Positions 53,794 through 62,433 of a DNA stretch of 64,000 nt are shown piece after piece. Origin of the DNA: an uncultured Chloroflexia bacterium (GTDB taxonomy: Bacteria > Chloroflexota > Dehalococcoidia > UBA2979); assembly GCA_963728205.1 (NCBI GenBank), contig CAVSIV010000001.1, positions 128,001 to 192,000 of the forward strand, in the 5' to 3' direction. The notes beneath the pieces are model-generated. The model searched no databases. It saw only the letters and a program-made list of their open reading frames with translations, and was not told the origin of the DNA. Both the position numbers and the translations under genes were made by a program. Within the stretch, counting starts at the first letter, position 1; the number at the start of each line of letters is the position of its first letter.

Positions 53794-54276
53794 ATGGCTC
53801 ACTTCGTGCTCGCGGTCGACGTCTTTCGCTTCTCGCCGGGTGACCAGGCGACGATGCTGGCGCGCATGCTCGTCGCCGTCGTCGCGGGCGGCATCCTCGG
53901 GTGGGAGCGCAAGCGCGCGGGCCACCGCGCCGGGATCCGCACCCTGGCGGTCGTTGCCATCGGCTCCGCGATCTTCACGCTCGCCTCGATCTACGGGTTC
54001 GGCACGAGCGGGGCGAACACCTCGAACGACCCGTCGCGCGTCGCGGCGCAGGTCGCGACCGGCGTCGGGTTCATCGGCGCCGGGACGATCGTGGTGCTGG
54101 GCCGCACGGTGCACGGGCTGACGACGGCGGCCACGATCTGGGTGGCGGCCGCGGTCGGCATGGCCGCCGGCGCGGGCATGTACGTCGTGGCGCTGGCCGG
54201 CGCGGTGCTCACGACGGTCGTGCTCGAGTTCCTCCCGCACGGCGACGACGACGAGCGCGTGCCCGATGGGCCCTAG
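53794..54276 (+). CDS. MgtC/SapB family membrane protein
   Basis: GWER, AGIRT, DPSRVAAQVATGVGFIGAG, GLTTAATIW. Confidence 0.9.
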   Translation: MAHFVLAVDVFRFSPGDQATMLARMLVAVVAGGILGWERKRAGHRAGIRTLAVVAIGSAIFTLASIYGFGTSGANTSNDPSRVAAQVATGVGFIGAGTIVVLGRTVHGLTTAATIWVAAAVGMAAGAGMYVVALAGAVLTTVVLEFLPHGDDDERVPDGP

Positions 54277-54384
54277 CGCCGGCGTCGACTCCGAGATCGC
54301 TTAGCCGCGCAGAACACGCCCCTCTCCGCACGAGCGCGGTCTGCCGGCAGCGTCCGAGGGACGGCTCTTCCCCGCCACGCGATG

Positions 54385-55002
54385 TCACCGCCTCAGCGCC
54401 GTCTTCAGCGATGAGCGCCACGCGCGCGGGCGCGGTCCGCGCGCGCCGCGACGCTCCCCGCTGCGATGGTCGCCCGGGTGGCGAGCAGAGCGGCGACTCG
54501 TCTGCCTGCAGCAGCACGCCTGCACCATGCCGAACGCCGTGATGTGGATCGGCGTATCGCCCGAGTGGTGGACGTAGGTGCGCGCCTGCGTCTCCGCGAT
54601 CTCCGCGTCCAGCTCTCGCTCCGTGAAGCCGGAGCGCAGCAGCATCGCGCGGTAGGGCGCGTGGTGCATGCGCTCGTCGGGGACCCACACGTCGCGCGTG
54701 AAGCGGCCGAGCCGGCCGGCGTCGTAGCGCGCGGCGCGATCCTCGATCACGGCCGCGTAGCTGTCGGTCGCGCACTCGGTGAGCAGCGCGAGCTTGAGGA
54801 CGCCGACGAAGTCGTCGTCGCTCAGCGAGGCGGGCAGGGCGGCGAAGGCGGGGCGGATGTCGACGCGCTGCTGGAGCGCGGCGAGCTCGACCGGGTCGAC
54901 CATGCGACCGGGGTTGCGCGCGATCGCCGCGACGAGGGTGTCGAGTCGCTGCACGGCCGGGACCGGCACCGCGTAGGTGGTGGTCAGCGGCATGGGCGTC
55001 AC
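54385..55002 (-). pseudogene. Ferritin-like (acyl-ACP-desaturase-like) di-iron protein, apparently 3'-truncated
   Basis: First iron ligands LTECAT...W.PDERMH are present. The reading degenerates after FGMVQ and I found no second ExxH in any frame. Confidence 0.5.
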
Positions 55003-55163
55003 GCCGCCCGCTCGGGGCGGAGGCCCGGCCGAGCGTCATCGGTGGTGCGCGCCCCCGTGACGGTCTCGGGCGGCAGCCACCCGCACTGCAGGCACTGGAA
55101 CTCGTCACCGGTCCAGACCACGCGTCCTCGGTCGCAGCGCGCGCAGGGCACGATTCGCGCCAT
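54999..55163 (-). CDS. Small Zn-ribbon protein (54 aa; below the ORF-track cut-off)
   Basis: MARIVPCARCDRGRVVWTGDEFQCLQCGWLPP...; GGGGGAG RBS; its TGA overlaps the GTG start of the next gene. Confidence 0.7.
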   Translation of the reverse strand: MARIVPCARCDRGRVVWTGDEFQCLQCGWLPPETVTGARTTDDARPGLRPERAA

Positions 55164-55270
55164 CTCGCTCCCCCTTCGAGCCGGTAGCTGCCGGCTCCGA
55201 TCTGTGTCAGAAGTTCGCCACCGATACCGAAAAGATGATGCATCATCACTGCACCAGATGTCAAAGCGTG

Positions 55271-55299
55271 TTGCGCAAGTTTCGACGCACTTCTATGCT
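55271..55299 (+). promoter_or_regulatory. Leaderless promoter of the CarH-like gene, back-to-back with a TTGACA on the - strand
   Basis: TTGCGC-17 nt-TATGCT, 6 nt before ATG 55306; TGTCAA at about 55259-55264. Confidence 0.6.
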
Positions 55300-55305
55300 C
55301 CGGGC

Positions 55306-56193
55306 ATGCAGTACACGGTGCAGGCGGCAGCGCGGGCCACGGGCGTCACCGAGAGCAGGCTTCGGACGTGGGAGCGGCGGTACGGGATTCCGAGTCCCGA
55401 CCGTTCGGCGACCGGTCGGCGCCTCTACAGCGAGGAGGACCTGCAGGTCATCCGGCGCATGGCCGCGCTCGTGGAGGCCGGCTTGCCCGCCGCCCAGGCC
55501 GCGGACGCCGCGCGCACCGACGCGCAGGTTGAGCTTCCGACGGCGCCCGCGGCGCCGCCGCACGCGGCCGTCTCGGCGCTCGTCGAGGCGGCCGGCCGCT
55601 TCGACGAGACCGCCGTCGCGGCGGTGCTCGCCGGCGTGCTCGAGCGGCTGGGCTGGCGCGCGGCGCTCGAGGTGGTCGTGTTTCCGGCGCTCCGCACGAC
55701 CGGCCGCGAGTGGGAGCGTGGGCGGCTCACCCCCGCGCACGAGCACTTCCTCGCGGAGCTGATCCGCTCGCGCCTCGCGGTCGCCATCGCGGCGACGCCC
55801 GAACCACCGGCCGCCGCCCCCGTCGTCCTGCTCGCATGTCCGGAGGACGAGCGCCACGACATCGGCCTGGCCGCGTTGTGGCTGATGCTGCGGCAGGCGG
55901 GCACGCGCGTCTGCTACCTGGGCGCCGACGTGCCGACGGCGGACCTCATCGCCGCCGCCGAGCAGCTTCGCCCCGCCGCCGTCTGCCTCGCCGCCACGGC
56001 GAGCGCTGCGCTGCCGATGCTCGGCATCGCCGCCCGCGCGGTGATCGCGAGCCGGCTCTCGCTGCAGCTGTTCGTCGGAGGGGCCGCCGTGGACGCCGTC
56101 GAGTCCACCCTCGACGCGCCGGGCGTGCGGCTGCCGCCCGGTGTCGCCGCCGCCGCGGACGCCATCGCGGAGCGCGTGGCGAACGCTCACTGA
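55306..56193 (+). CDS. CarH/LitR-like MerR regulator with cobalamin-binding domain
   Basis: LRTWERRYG, RRLYS, W-x9-EH (WERGRLTPAHEH), ExHxxG (ERHDIG), YLGADVP. Confidence 0.88.
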   Translation: MQYTVQAAARATGVTESRLRTWERRYGIPSPDRSATGRRLYSEEDLQVIRRMAALVEAGLPAAQAADAARTDAQVELPTAPAAPPHAAVSALVEAAGRFDETAVAAVLAGVLERLGWRAALEVVVFPALRTTGREWERGRLTPAHEHFLAELIRSRLAVAIAATPEPPAAAPVVLLACPEDERHDIGLAALWLMLRQAGTRVCYLGADVPTADLIAAAEQLRPAAVCLAATASAALPMLGIAARAVIASRLSLQLFVGGAAVDAVESTLDAPGVRLPPGVAAAADAIAERVANAH

Positions 56194-56199
56194 GCCTGC

Positions 56200-56503
56200 C
56201 GCGCCGACGGAGCGGCCCCGCGCCCGCGCACGCCCGCGGCGAATTACAGAGCGTGCGAAGCCCGACCGCGCGCCGACGGAGCGGCCCCGCGCGCGCGCAC
56301 GCCGGCGGCGAACGATCAGAGCGTGCGAAGCCCGACCGCGCGCCGACGGAGCGGCCCGACGCCCGCGCACACCCGCGGCGAATTACTGCAGCGTGCGAAG
56401 CCCGACCGCGCGCCGACGGAGCGGCCGCCCGGCGTCAGCCGACGGCCGCGGAGGAGGATGAGAGCGCGGCGAATTACAGCGCGGCGAATTACTGCAGCGT
56501 GCG
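56200..56503. repeat. About 3.5 tandem 68-70 bp units between convergent genes
   Basis: AGCGTGCGAAGCCCGACCGCGCGCCGACGGAGCGGCC recurs; units contain GCGGCGAATTAC(TGC)AGCGTGCG, which matches the MFS stop region. Confidence 0.8.
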
Positions 56504-57961
56504 CATGCTCGGCACGAACGCCAGGCAGTAGAGCACGACGAGCACCATCACCACCGCCGCGCCGCCGAGCGCGAGCGGCGCGCCGATCATCGAGGCCAGC
56601 ACGCCGACGAAGAACGTCCCCAGCGACGTCAGGCTGAACTGCATCATGTAGACGCTCATCACGCGGCCGCGGTACTGGTCCTCGACGTAGTGCTGCACGA
56701 GCACGTTGCTGAACGACTGCCGCCCGGCCTGCCCGACGCCCATCACGACCATCACCGCGGTCGTGAACCAGATCCACGGCGACGTCGTGAAGACCACGAG
56801 CATCACGCCCTGCAGCAGCGACGTGAGCAGGAACATCAGCCCGCGCCGCCGCGCTGGCAGCGAGGCCACCACGAGCGCGCCCACCAGCGAGCCGGCGCCG
56901 GTGGCGGAGAGCAGCAGGCCGAGGACGCTCGGGCCGGCGTGCAGCACGCTCGAGACGAAGCCCGGCAGCAGGAACGTGTACGGCATCGACGTCAGGATCA
57001 GCAGCATGTTCACCGACAGCACGACGCGCAGCGTCGGGTCGTGCGCGATGTAGCGAACGCCGGCGAGCATGTCGCGCATGCCGCGCGCCCGCTGCGGGCG
57101 CCGCGTCGCGCCGAGCGCCCCCTCGGCGTCGGGCTCGACGACCGGCGCGTCGGGCACCTTCGCGAGGAACGCGACCGCCGAGAGGTACGACGCGGTCATC
57201 AGGAAATAGACCCACTTCGGCGTGAAGACGGCGAGCAGGAAGCCGCCGATGCCGGGCGCGATCACGCGCATAGTGTTCTGGCCGGCGGAGTTCAGCGCCA
57301 CCGCGTTCATCAGGCGCTTCATGCCGACGACCTCGGGGATCATCGCCTGGCGCGACGGCATCATCAGCGCCTGCACGGCGCCCTGCGCGAACGCCGCGAT
57401 CAGCAGGTGCTCGTAGCGCAGCCTCCCGGCGAGCAGCAACAGCGCGACCGAGAACGCGACGCTCGCGCTCGCGAACTGCCCGATCTGCACGACGTGCTTC
57501 TTCTGGCGCACGCGGTCGGCGAGCACGCCGCCGTAGAGGGCGAGCGTGATGCCGGGGATCGCGTTCATCAGCGCGACGGTGCCGAGCGCGGCGTACGAGC
57601 CGGTGAGCAGGTACACGAGATAGCCGCGCACGACCATCTGCATGTTGACCGAGGCCATCTGCCCCAGCATCGACGCGAAGAACCAGCGGTAGGCGGGCAG
57701 GTGCAGCGAGTCGAACGTGCCGAGCCCGCGCATGGAGCCGCGCCAGCCCGGCCGCGGGGCGGTGGCGACGACGGTCGGGGTGTCCGGCGCGGGCGGCGGC
57801 GGGACGACGTCCCGCGGCGCGCGTCCGTTGCCGTTGCGCGCGGCGCCGCCGTTGCGGGCGTTGCCGTTCTCGGTGCCGGTGCCGTCGGGAGCGGGCGTGG
57901 AGCGGCCTGCAGAGCCTGCCCGGTGAGATGACGCGCGACGATCGGGCCGCGAGTGCGTCAT
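56489..57961 (-). CDS. MFS transporter
   Basis: GGVLADR, MPSRQAMIPEVVG...MNAVALNS, RGRVMS; about 12 TM segments. Confidence 0.88.
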   Translation of the reverse strand: MTHSRPDRRASSHRAGSAGRSTPAPDGTGTENGNARNGGAARNGNGRAPRDVVPPPPAPDTPTVVATAPRPGWRGSMRGLGTFDSLHLPAYRWFFASMLGQMASVNMQMVVRGYLVYLLTGSYAALGTVALMNAIPGITLALYGGVLADRVRQKKHVVQIGQFASASVAFSVALLLLAGRLRYEHLLIAAFAQGAVQALMMPSRQAMIPEVVGMKRLMNAVALNSAGQNTMRVIAPGIGGFLLAVFTPKWVYFLMTASYLSAVAFLAKVPDAPVVEPDAEGALGATRRPQRARGMRDMLAGVRYIAHDPTLRVVLSVNMLLILTSMPYTFLLPGFVSSVLHAGPSVLGLLLSATGAGSLVGALVVASLPARRRGLMFLLTSLLQGVMLVVFTTSPWIWFTTAVMVVMGVGQAGRQSFSNVLVQHYVEDQYRGRVMSVYMMQFSLTSLGTFFVGVLASMIGAPLALGGAAVVMVLVVLYCLAFVPSMRTLQ

Positions 57962-58141
57962 GGGGCTGTGGTTGACCTCGACCCGTCGGGCCTGGCCGCC
58001 GCTGGATGCGCGCGAGCATAGCGCCGGCGCTCGCTGTGTGGGGCCACGAGTGTGATGGACGGGGCGGGGACCGCCAACGGCGGCCCCCGCCCGGGGTTGC
58101 TGCTGTGATGGCGGGCCGAGTCGGCAGGCGGACGCCTGCCG

Positions 58142-59356
58142 CTACTGCTGCGGCGCCGTCCCCAGCGTCACCTTCGCGGTGCTCGACTGGCCGTTGCGGT
58201 CGTACGTCACGGTCACCGTGTCGCCGGGCTTGTGCTGCTCGATCACCTGCGCCAGGTCGGACTCGCCCTTGATCTCGGTGTTGTCGACCTTCGTGATCAC
58301 GTCGCCCGACTGCAGTCCGGCCTGCTCGGCCGGGCCGCCCTGGCTGACCTGCCGGATCAACGCGCCCTGCGTCTGCTGGATGCCGAGCTGCGCCGCGATG
58401 CCCGGGTTCAGCGGCAGGTACTGCACGCCGAGCAGGGCGTGGTCGACCTTGCCGTTCGCGACCAGCTCGTCGGCGATCGGCTTCGCGGTGTTGATCGCGA
58501 TCGCGTAGCCGATGCCCTGCACCGGCACGCCGGCGCCCGTCGACGTCTGCACGAGCGTGTTGATCCCGATCACCTCGCCGTTGAGGTTCACGAGCGGCCC
58601 GCCGGAGTTGCCCGGGTTGATCGCCGTGTCGGTCTGGATCACGTCGAAGAGGTACGGACCCGACGTCGCGGCCGGCCCGGTCTGCGACGGCGGCTCCTGC
58701 ACGGTGCGCCCGAGCGCGCTCACCACGCCCGCCGTCACCGTCGGCCCGCCGGGCAGCGCGAGCGCGTTGCCGATCGCGACCACCCAGTTGCCGACCTGCA
58801 GCTTGCCCGAGTCCCCGAGCTTCGCGGTCGGGAGGTTGTCGCCCTTGATCTGCACGACCGCGAGGTCCGTGAGGCGATCGCCGCCGACGAGCGTGCCGGG
58901 GAACGAACGGCCGTCGGTGAGCGTGACGAGCAGCTTCTGCGCGCCCTCGACGACGTGGAAGTTCGTGAGGACGTGGCCCTGATCGTCGTAGATCACGCCC
59001 GAGCCGACGCCGGCCGGGACGCTCCCGCTGCTCAGCGCGCCGGGCTGGACCTGCTCGTTCGTGATCTGCACCACGGCCGGCTTCACCTGCTGGGTGACGT
59101 GCGTGACCGCGTTGGCCAGGCCACCGGACGCGTCGGTGCTCTGCGCGCTCGTGCCGCTCTGCGTCGTGGCGCCCGAGCCGGCCGCGGCCGCCGTGCCGGT
59201 CGCCGCCACGGTGCTCGCCGTCGCCGGCGTGCCGGCCTTGCCGGTGCACGCGACGAGCGCGAGCGCGGCGACGATCACCAGCAGGAGCAGCGAGCCGCGC
59301 AGCGCGTTCGCTCGCAGCGACGGCCGTGTCAGACCGCCTGCAGAAAGGAGTTTCAT
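58142..59356 (-). CDS. HtrA/S1C serine protease with PDZ domain (lipoprotein)
   Basis: LVAC lipobox, TNFHVV, DLAV, IQTDTAINPGNSGGPL, PDZ; GGGAG RBS. Confidence 0.92.
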   Translation of the reverse strand: MKLLSAGGLTRPSLRANALRGSLLLLVIVAALALVACTGKAGTPATASTVAATGTAAAAGSGATTQSGTSAQSTDASGGLANAVTHVTQQVKPAVVQITNEQVQPGALSSGSVPAGVGSGVIYDDQGHVLTNFHVVEGAQKLLVTLTDGRSFPGTLVGGDRLTDLAVVQIKGDNLPTAKLGDSGKLQVGNWVVAIGNALALPGGPTVTAGVVSALGRTVQEPPSQTGPAATSGPYLFDVIQTDTAINPGNSGGPLVNLNGEVIGINTLVQTSTGAGVPVQGIGYAIAINTAKPIADELVANGKVDHALLGVQYLPLNPGIAAQLGIQQTQGALIRQVSQGGPAEQAGLQSGDVITKVDNTEIKGESDLAQVIEQHKPGDTVTVTYDRNGQSSTAKVTLGTAPQQ

Positions 59357-59580
59357 TGTGGTCTTCCGATCTCCCTGAACCGCGTGATTCCTCGGTGGGA
59401 GGCGTGGCATACGGCAGAAGCTGGTGGTTCTTTCAGGATATGGGCCGTCGCAATGCGGTCCCGCGCAGCCACGCGGCTTGAGGCGAGTCGTACGCTCGAT
59501 CCAGGGCGCCCGGGATCGCCGAGCGGCGACCCGGAGCGCCCGCCCCGCTCGCAACCGCCCCCACGCGATGGGGGTGACCT

Positions 59581-60354
59581 ATGCCCGACGGGCCCAGCGC
59601 TTCGCGGCCCTCCAGTGGCGGCGCGACCGCCGATGCATCCGACCGGCGCGAGCACGAGCCGTTACCGCCGCCGATCGAGACCGCCGCCTGGCGCGCCGCG
59701 ATTGCGTCGCGCAAGACCGAGGTGCCCGGCTCCGCCCGCGTGCCGTCGACGCGCGCTGCCCCGCCGGAGACCGATCTCTCGCGGCGCCGCTTCATCCGCA
59801 CGTCGTTCTGGACCGGGCTCGGGCTCACCCTGCTGGGCTCGGCCGGCCTGTTCGTCGACTACGTCTATCCGCGCCATGTCAGGGGATTCGGCGGGCCGAT
59901 CCCCGCCGGGAAGACGTCCGACTACCCGCAGGGCGGCGACCCGCAGCACCACCTCGACGGCCAGTTCTGGCTGGCGAACCTCGACCCGAAGGAGACGCGC
60001 CCGGGCGGCAGCGGCGGCGGGAACGGCTTCCTCGCGCTCTGGCACCACTGCCCGCACCTCGGGTGCACGGTGCCGTGGCGCCCCGAGTTCGAGTTCAACG
60101 GCGACAAGGGCTGGTATCGCTGTCCGTGCCACGGCTCGACCTACACGAAGGCCGGCGTCCGCGTCTTCGGCCCGGCACCGCACGGCATGGACCCGATGGT
60201 GGTCGAGATCGACGCCGGCGGGAACATCACCGTGCAGACCGGGCAGATCTTCCACGGCAGCCCGCGCAACCCGGAGCTCGCGATTGCCGGGCCGTTCCCC
60301 GCGACGACGCCGTCGCCGAAGTGGGTGTCGACGGGCGGGCCGACGAGCCCGTAG
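59581..60354 (+). CDS. Tat-exported Rieske [2Fe-2S] protein
   Basis: SRRRFI twin-arginine plus TM segment; CPHLGC and CPCHGS. Confidence 0.9.
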   Translation: MPDGPSASRPSSGGATADASDRREHEPLPPPIETAAWRAAIASRKTEVPGSARVPSTRAAPPETDLSRRRFIRTSFWTGLGLTLLGSAGLFVDYVYPRHVRGFGGPIPAGKTSDYPQGGDPQHHLDGQFWLANLDPKETRPGGSGGGNGFLALWHHCPHLGCTVPWRPEFEFNGDKGWYRCPCHGSTYTKAGVRVFGPAPHGMDPMVVEIDAGGNITVQTGQIFHGSPRNPELAIAGPFPATTPSPKWVSTGGPTSP

Positions 60355-60366
60355 CGCGTCGCGCCG

Positions 60367-61548
60367 CTACCGCGCGCAGGCGTAGGCGCGCGTGTTCACC
60401 GGCGCCGTCAGGCCCTGCGCGCGCTGCAAGTCCGGCGTGATCTCGCTGAGCGTGAGCGCGAACGATCGGCTCGGGTCGTTCACCGATGACGCGAAGATCA
60501 CGCCCACCGCCTGCCCGTCCGTGTTCACGAGCGCGCCGCCCGAGTCGCCCGGCCGTGCCTCGCCGCGCACCACCCACACGTTGCGCCGCACGAGCTGCTC
60601 GCCCCAGATGTCGCGACCCTGCGCCTCGAGGTTGCTGACCAGCGATGCGGCGACGACCGTCTCCGGCCCGCCGCCGGGATAGCCGATGAAGGCGGCCTGC
60701 GCGCCGGCCTCGCCGTCCGTCAGCGCGAGCGGATCGACGGACAGCTCCGGCACGAGCAGCACCGCGACGTCGCGGTTTGGGTCGAACAGGATGACGGTCG
60801 CCTCGCGCGGGCGGTCGCCGGGCGCCTGCACGGTGATCGGCCCCGTGCCGGCGACCACGTGAGCGTTCGTCACGACGTGCCCGCCCCCGACCGGGAAGCC
60901 GCTCCCGAGCCGCAGCCCCCCGCACCCCACGCCCTGCACGCGCACGACCGAGCGCGCCGCCGCGGTCACTGCCGCGCTCTGCGCATTCGCCGGATCGGGC
61001 GCCGGCCCCGACGGGAACGCCGGTTCGAAGCCCGCGAACACCTGCGGCAGGAAGCGGTTCGACACGATCGTCTCGAGCCGCGCCAGCTGCGGCGGCGGCC
61101 GCGGCGCGACGTCGTCGAGGCGCCGCAGGATCGCGGAGTCGCCGATCAGCGTCGCAACCTGCGGGTTCGGGACGCGGCTGAGCGTGAGCCCGAAGTACCA
61201 GAGCAGCGCGAGCGTGACGACCGCGGTGAGCGCGGCGCCCGCGATGCCGTCGATGACGCGCACGGGCCCGACGACGTGCACGATCGTGCGCACGGGCTCG
61301 CCGACGAGCCGGCCGGCCGCGGCGCCGACCGCGGCGCCCGTCGCGAGCACGAGGATCACGATCAGCAGACGCAGGCCGAGGGACGTGACGCCGGTCGCCT
61401 CGACGATGCGCGGCGTGAGCGCCGCGGCGGCCAGGAAGCCGGCCGTGACACCGAGGTACTCGAACGCGGTCAGCCAGAACCCGCGCCGGTAGCCGGTGAC
61501 GGCCTCCCACGCGAGCACGACCGCGATGACGACGTCGAGCACACCCAT
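60367..61548 (-). CDS. MarP-family membrane serine protease (CvpA + trypsin domains)
   Basis: LDVVI....GYRRGF, TNAHVVAG, DVAVL, PGDSGG. Confidence 0.88.
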   Translation of the reverse strand: MGVLDVVIAVVLAWEAVTGYRRGFWLTAFEYLGVTAGFLAAAALTPRIVEATGVTSLGLRLLIVILVLATGAAVGAAAGRLVGEPVRTIVHVVGPVRVIDGIAGAALTAVVTLALLWYFGLTLSRVPNPQVATLIGDSAILRRLDDVAPRPPPQLARLETIVSNRFLPQVFAGFEPAFPSGPAPDPANAQSAAVTAAARSVVRVQGVGCGGLRLGSGFPVGGGHVVTNAHVVAGTGPITVQAPGDRPREATVILFDPNRDVAVLLVPELSVDPLALTDGEAGAQAAFIGYPGGGPETVVAASLVSNLEAQGRDIWGEQLVRRNVWVVRGEARPGDSGGALVNTDGQAVGVIFASSVNDPSRSFALTLSEITPDLQRAQGLTAPVNTRAYACAR

Positions 61549-61791
61549 CGGACGAGCATCATTCCGCATCGGGGCCATCACGGTCGAACGGCGCCCCAGC
61601 GCCCGCGGCCGCGTCGCAAGCGGCGGCTGCATGCCGCCGATGCCCCCGCGGGCCTTCGCCCGCGCCGCCCCCGCGGCCCCGTCGCAAGCGGCGGCAGCAT
61701 GCCGCCGATGCCCCCGCGGGCCTCCGCCCGCGCCCCGGTCCGCCGCCCCGCCCGGTCCGCCGACCATCGGTGGCGGCCACGCCGCCGTGCC

Positions 61792-62229
61792 CTACCCCGC
61801 GCCCCGACACTCCCGGCACAGCCCGGGGATCGCGAGGTGCCCCAGGTGCGGCTCGAAGTCCGTCTGCTCCTCGATCGCGCGCACAAGGTCCGCGAGCACG
61901 CGACGGTCCAGCGGCAGCTCCGCGCCGCACCGCATGCACACCAGGTGGTGGTGCGGCGCGTGCTGGTCGACCCATGAGTATGTCGTGCGCGACCGCGGCG
62001 CGTCGATCTTCGCCACGAGCCCGCTCTCGCGCAGCGTGTTCAGCGTGCGGTACACGGTCGGCAGCGCGATCGCGCTGTGCGCGTCGTCCGTCGCCAGCGC
62101 GTCGTGGATCTCCTCGGCGGTGCGGTGCCCGCCGAGGTGCCGCAGCGCGACGGCGATCTTCAGGCGCGGCGTGGTGACGCGGCTGCCGGCGGCGCGCAGC
62201 GCGGCGACGGTGTCGGCTTCGCAGGTCAC
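61792..62229 (-). CDS. Fur-family metal regulator (possibly Ni/Co-responsive); start could extend to ATG 62346
   Basis: RVTTPR, TAEEIH, TVYRTL, HHHLVCMRCG, GLCREC; divergent from cbiMQ. Confidence 0.88.
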   Translation of the reverse strand: MTCEADTVAALRAAGSRVTTPRLKIAVALRHLGGHRTAEEIHDALATDDAHSAIALPTVYRTLNTLRESGLVAKIDAPRSRTTYSWVDQHAPHHHLVCMRCGAELPLDRRVLADLVRAIEEQTDFEPHLGHLAIPGLCRECRGAG

Positions 62230-62249
62230 GGGATGCGCCGGGCGGCCCG

Positions 62250-62311
62250 ACCCACAGCGGCGGCATCTCTGCCGCCGACCGGTCGGCGGCAGAGATGCCG
62301 CCGCTGTGGGT
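62250..62311. repeat. Perfect 62-bp palindrome (loopless family B REP doublet)
   Basis: 62250-62280 is the exact reverse complement of 62281-62311. Confidence 0.9.
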
Positions 62312-62354
62312 GCTCGGCCGCCGTGTTTCGTCGCATCGCGGCCCATACACTACA

Positions 62355-62368
62355 TGCGAATAGTTGCA
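62355..62368. promoter_or_regulatory. Candidate Fur-family operator TGCGAATAGTTGCA
   Basis: AT-rich imperfect palindrome between the fur gene and cbiM. Confidence 0.45.
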
Positions 62369-62433
62369 GGAGCATCCCGGTGCGCCTATGGTGCGCCGGC
62401 CCGCCCGCGCGCGGCGCCGTGAGCGAGGTTCGC

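Noticed and set aside
56200-56503. CRISPR array
   Set aside because: Inter-repeat segments are related to each other, there are only about 3 units, and no leader or cas genes are present.
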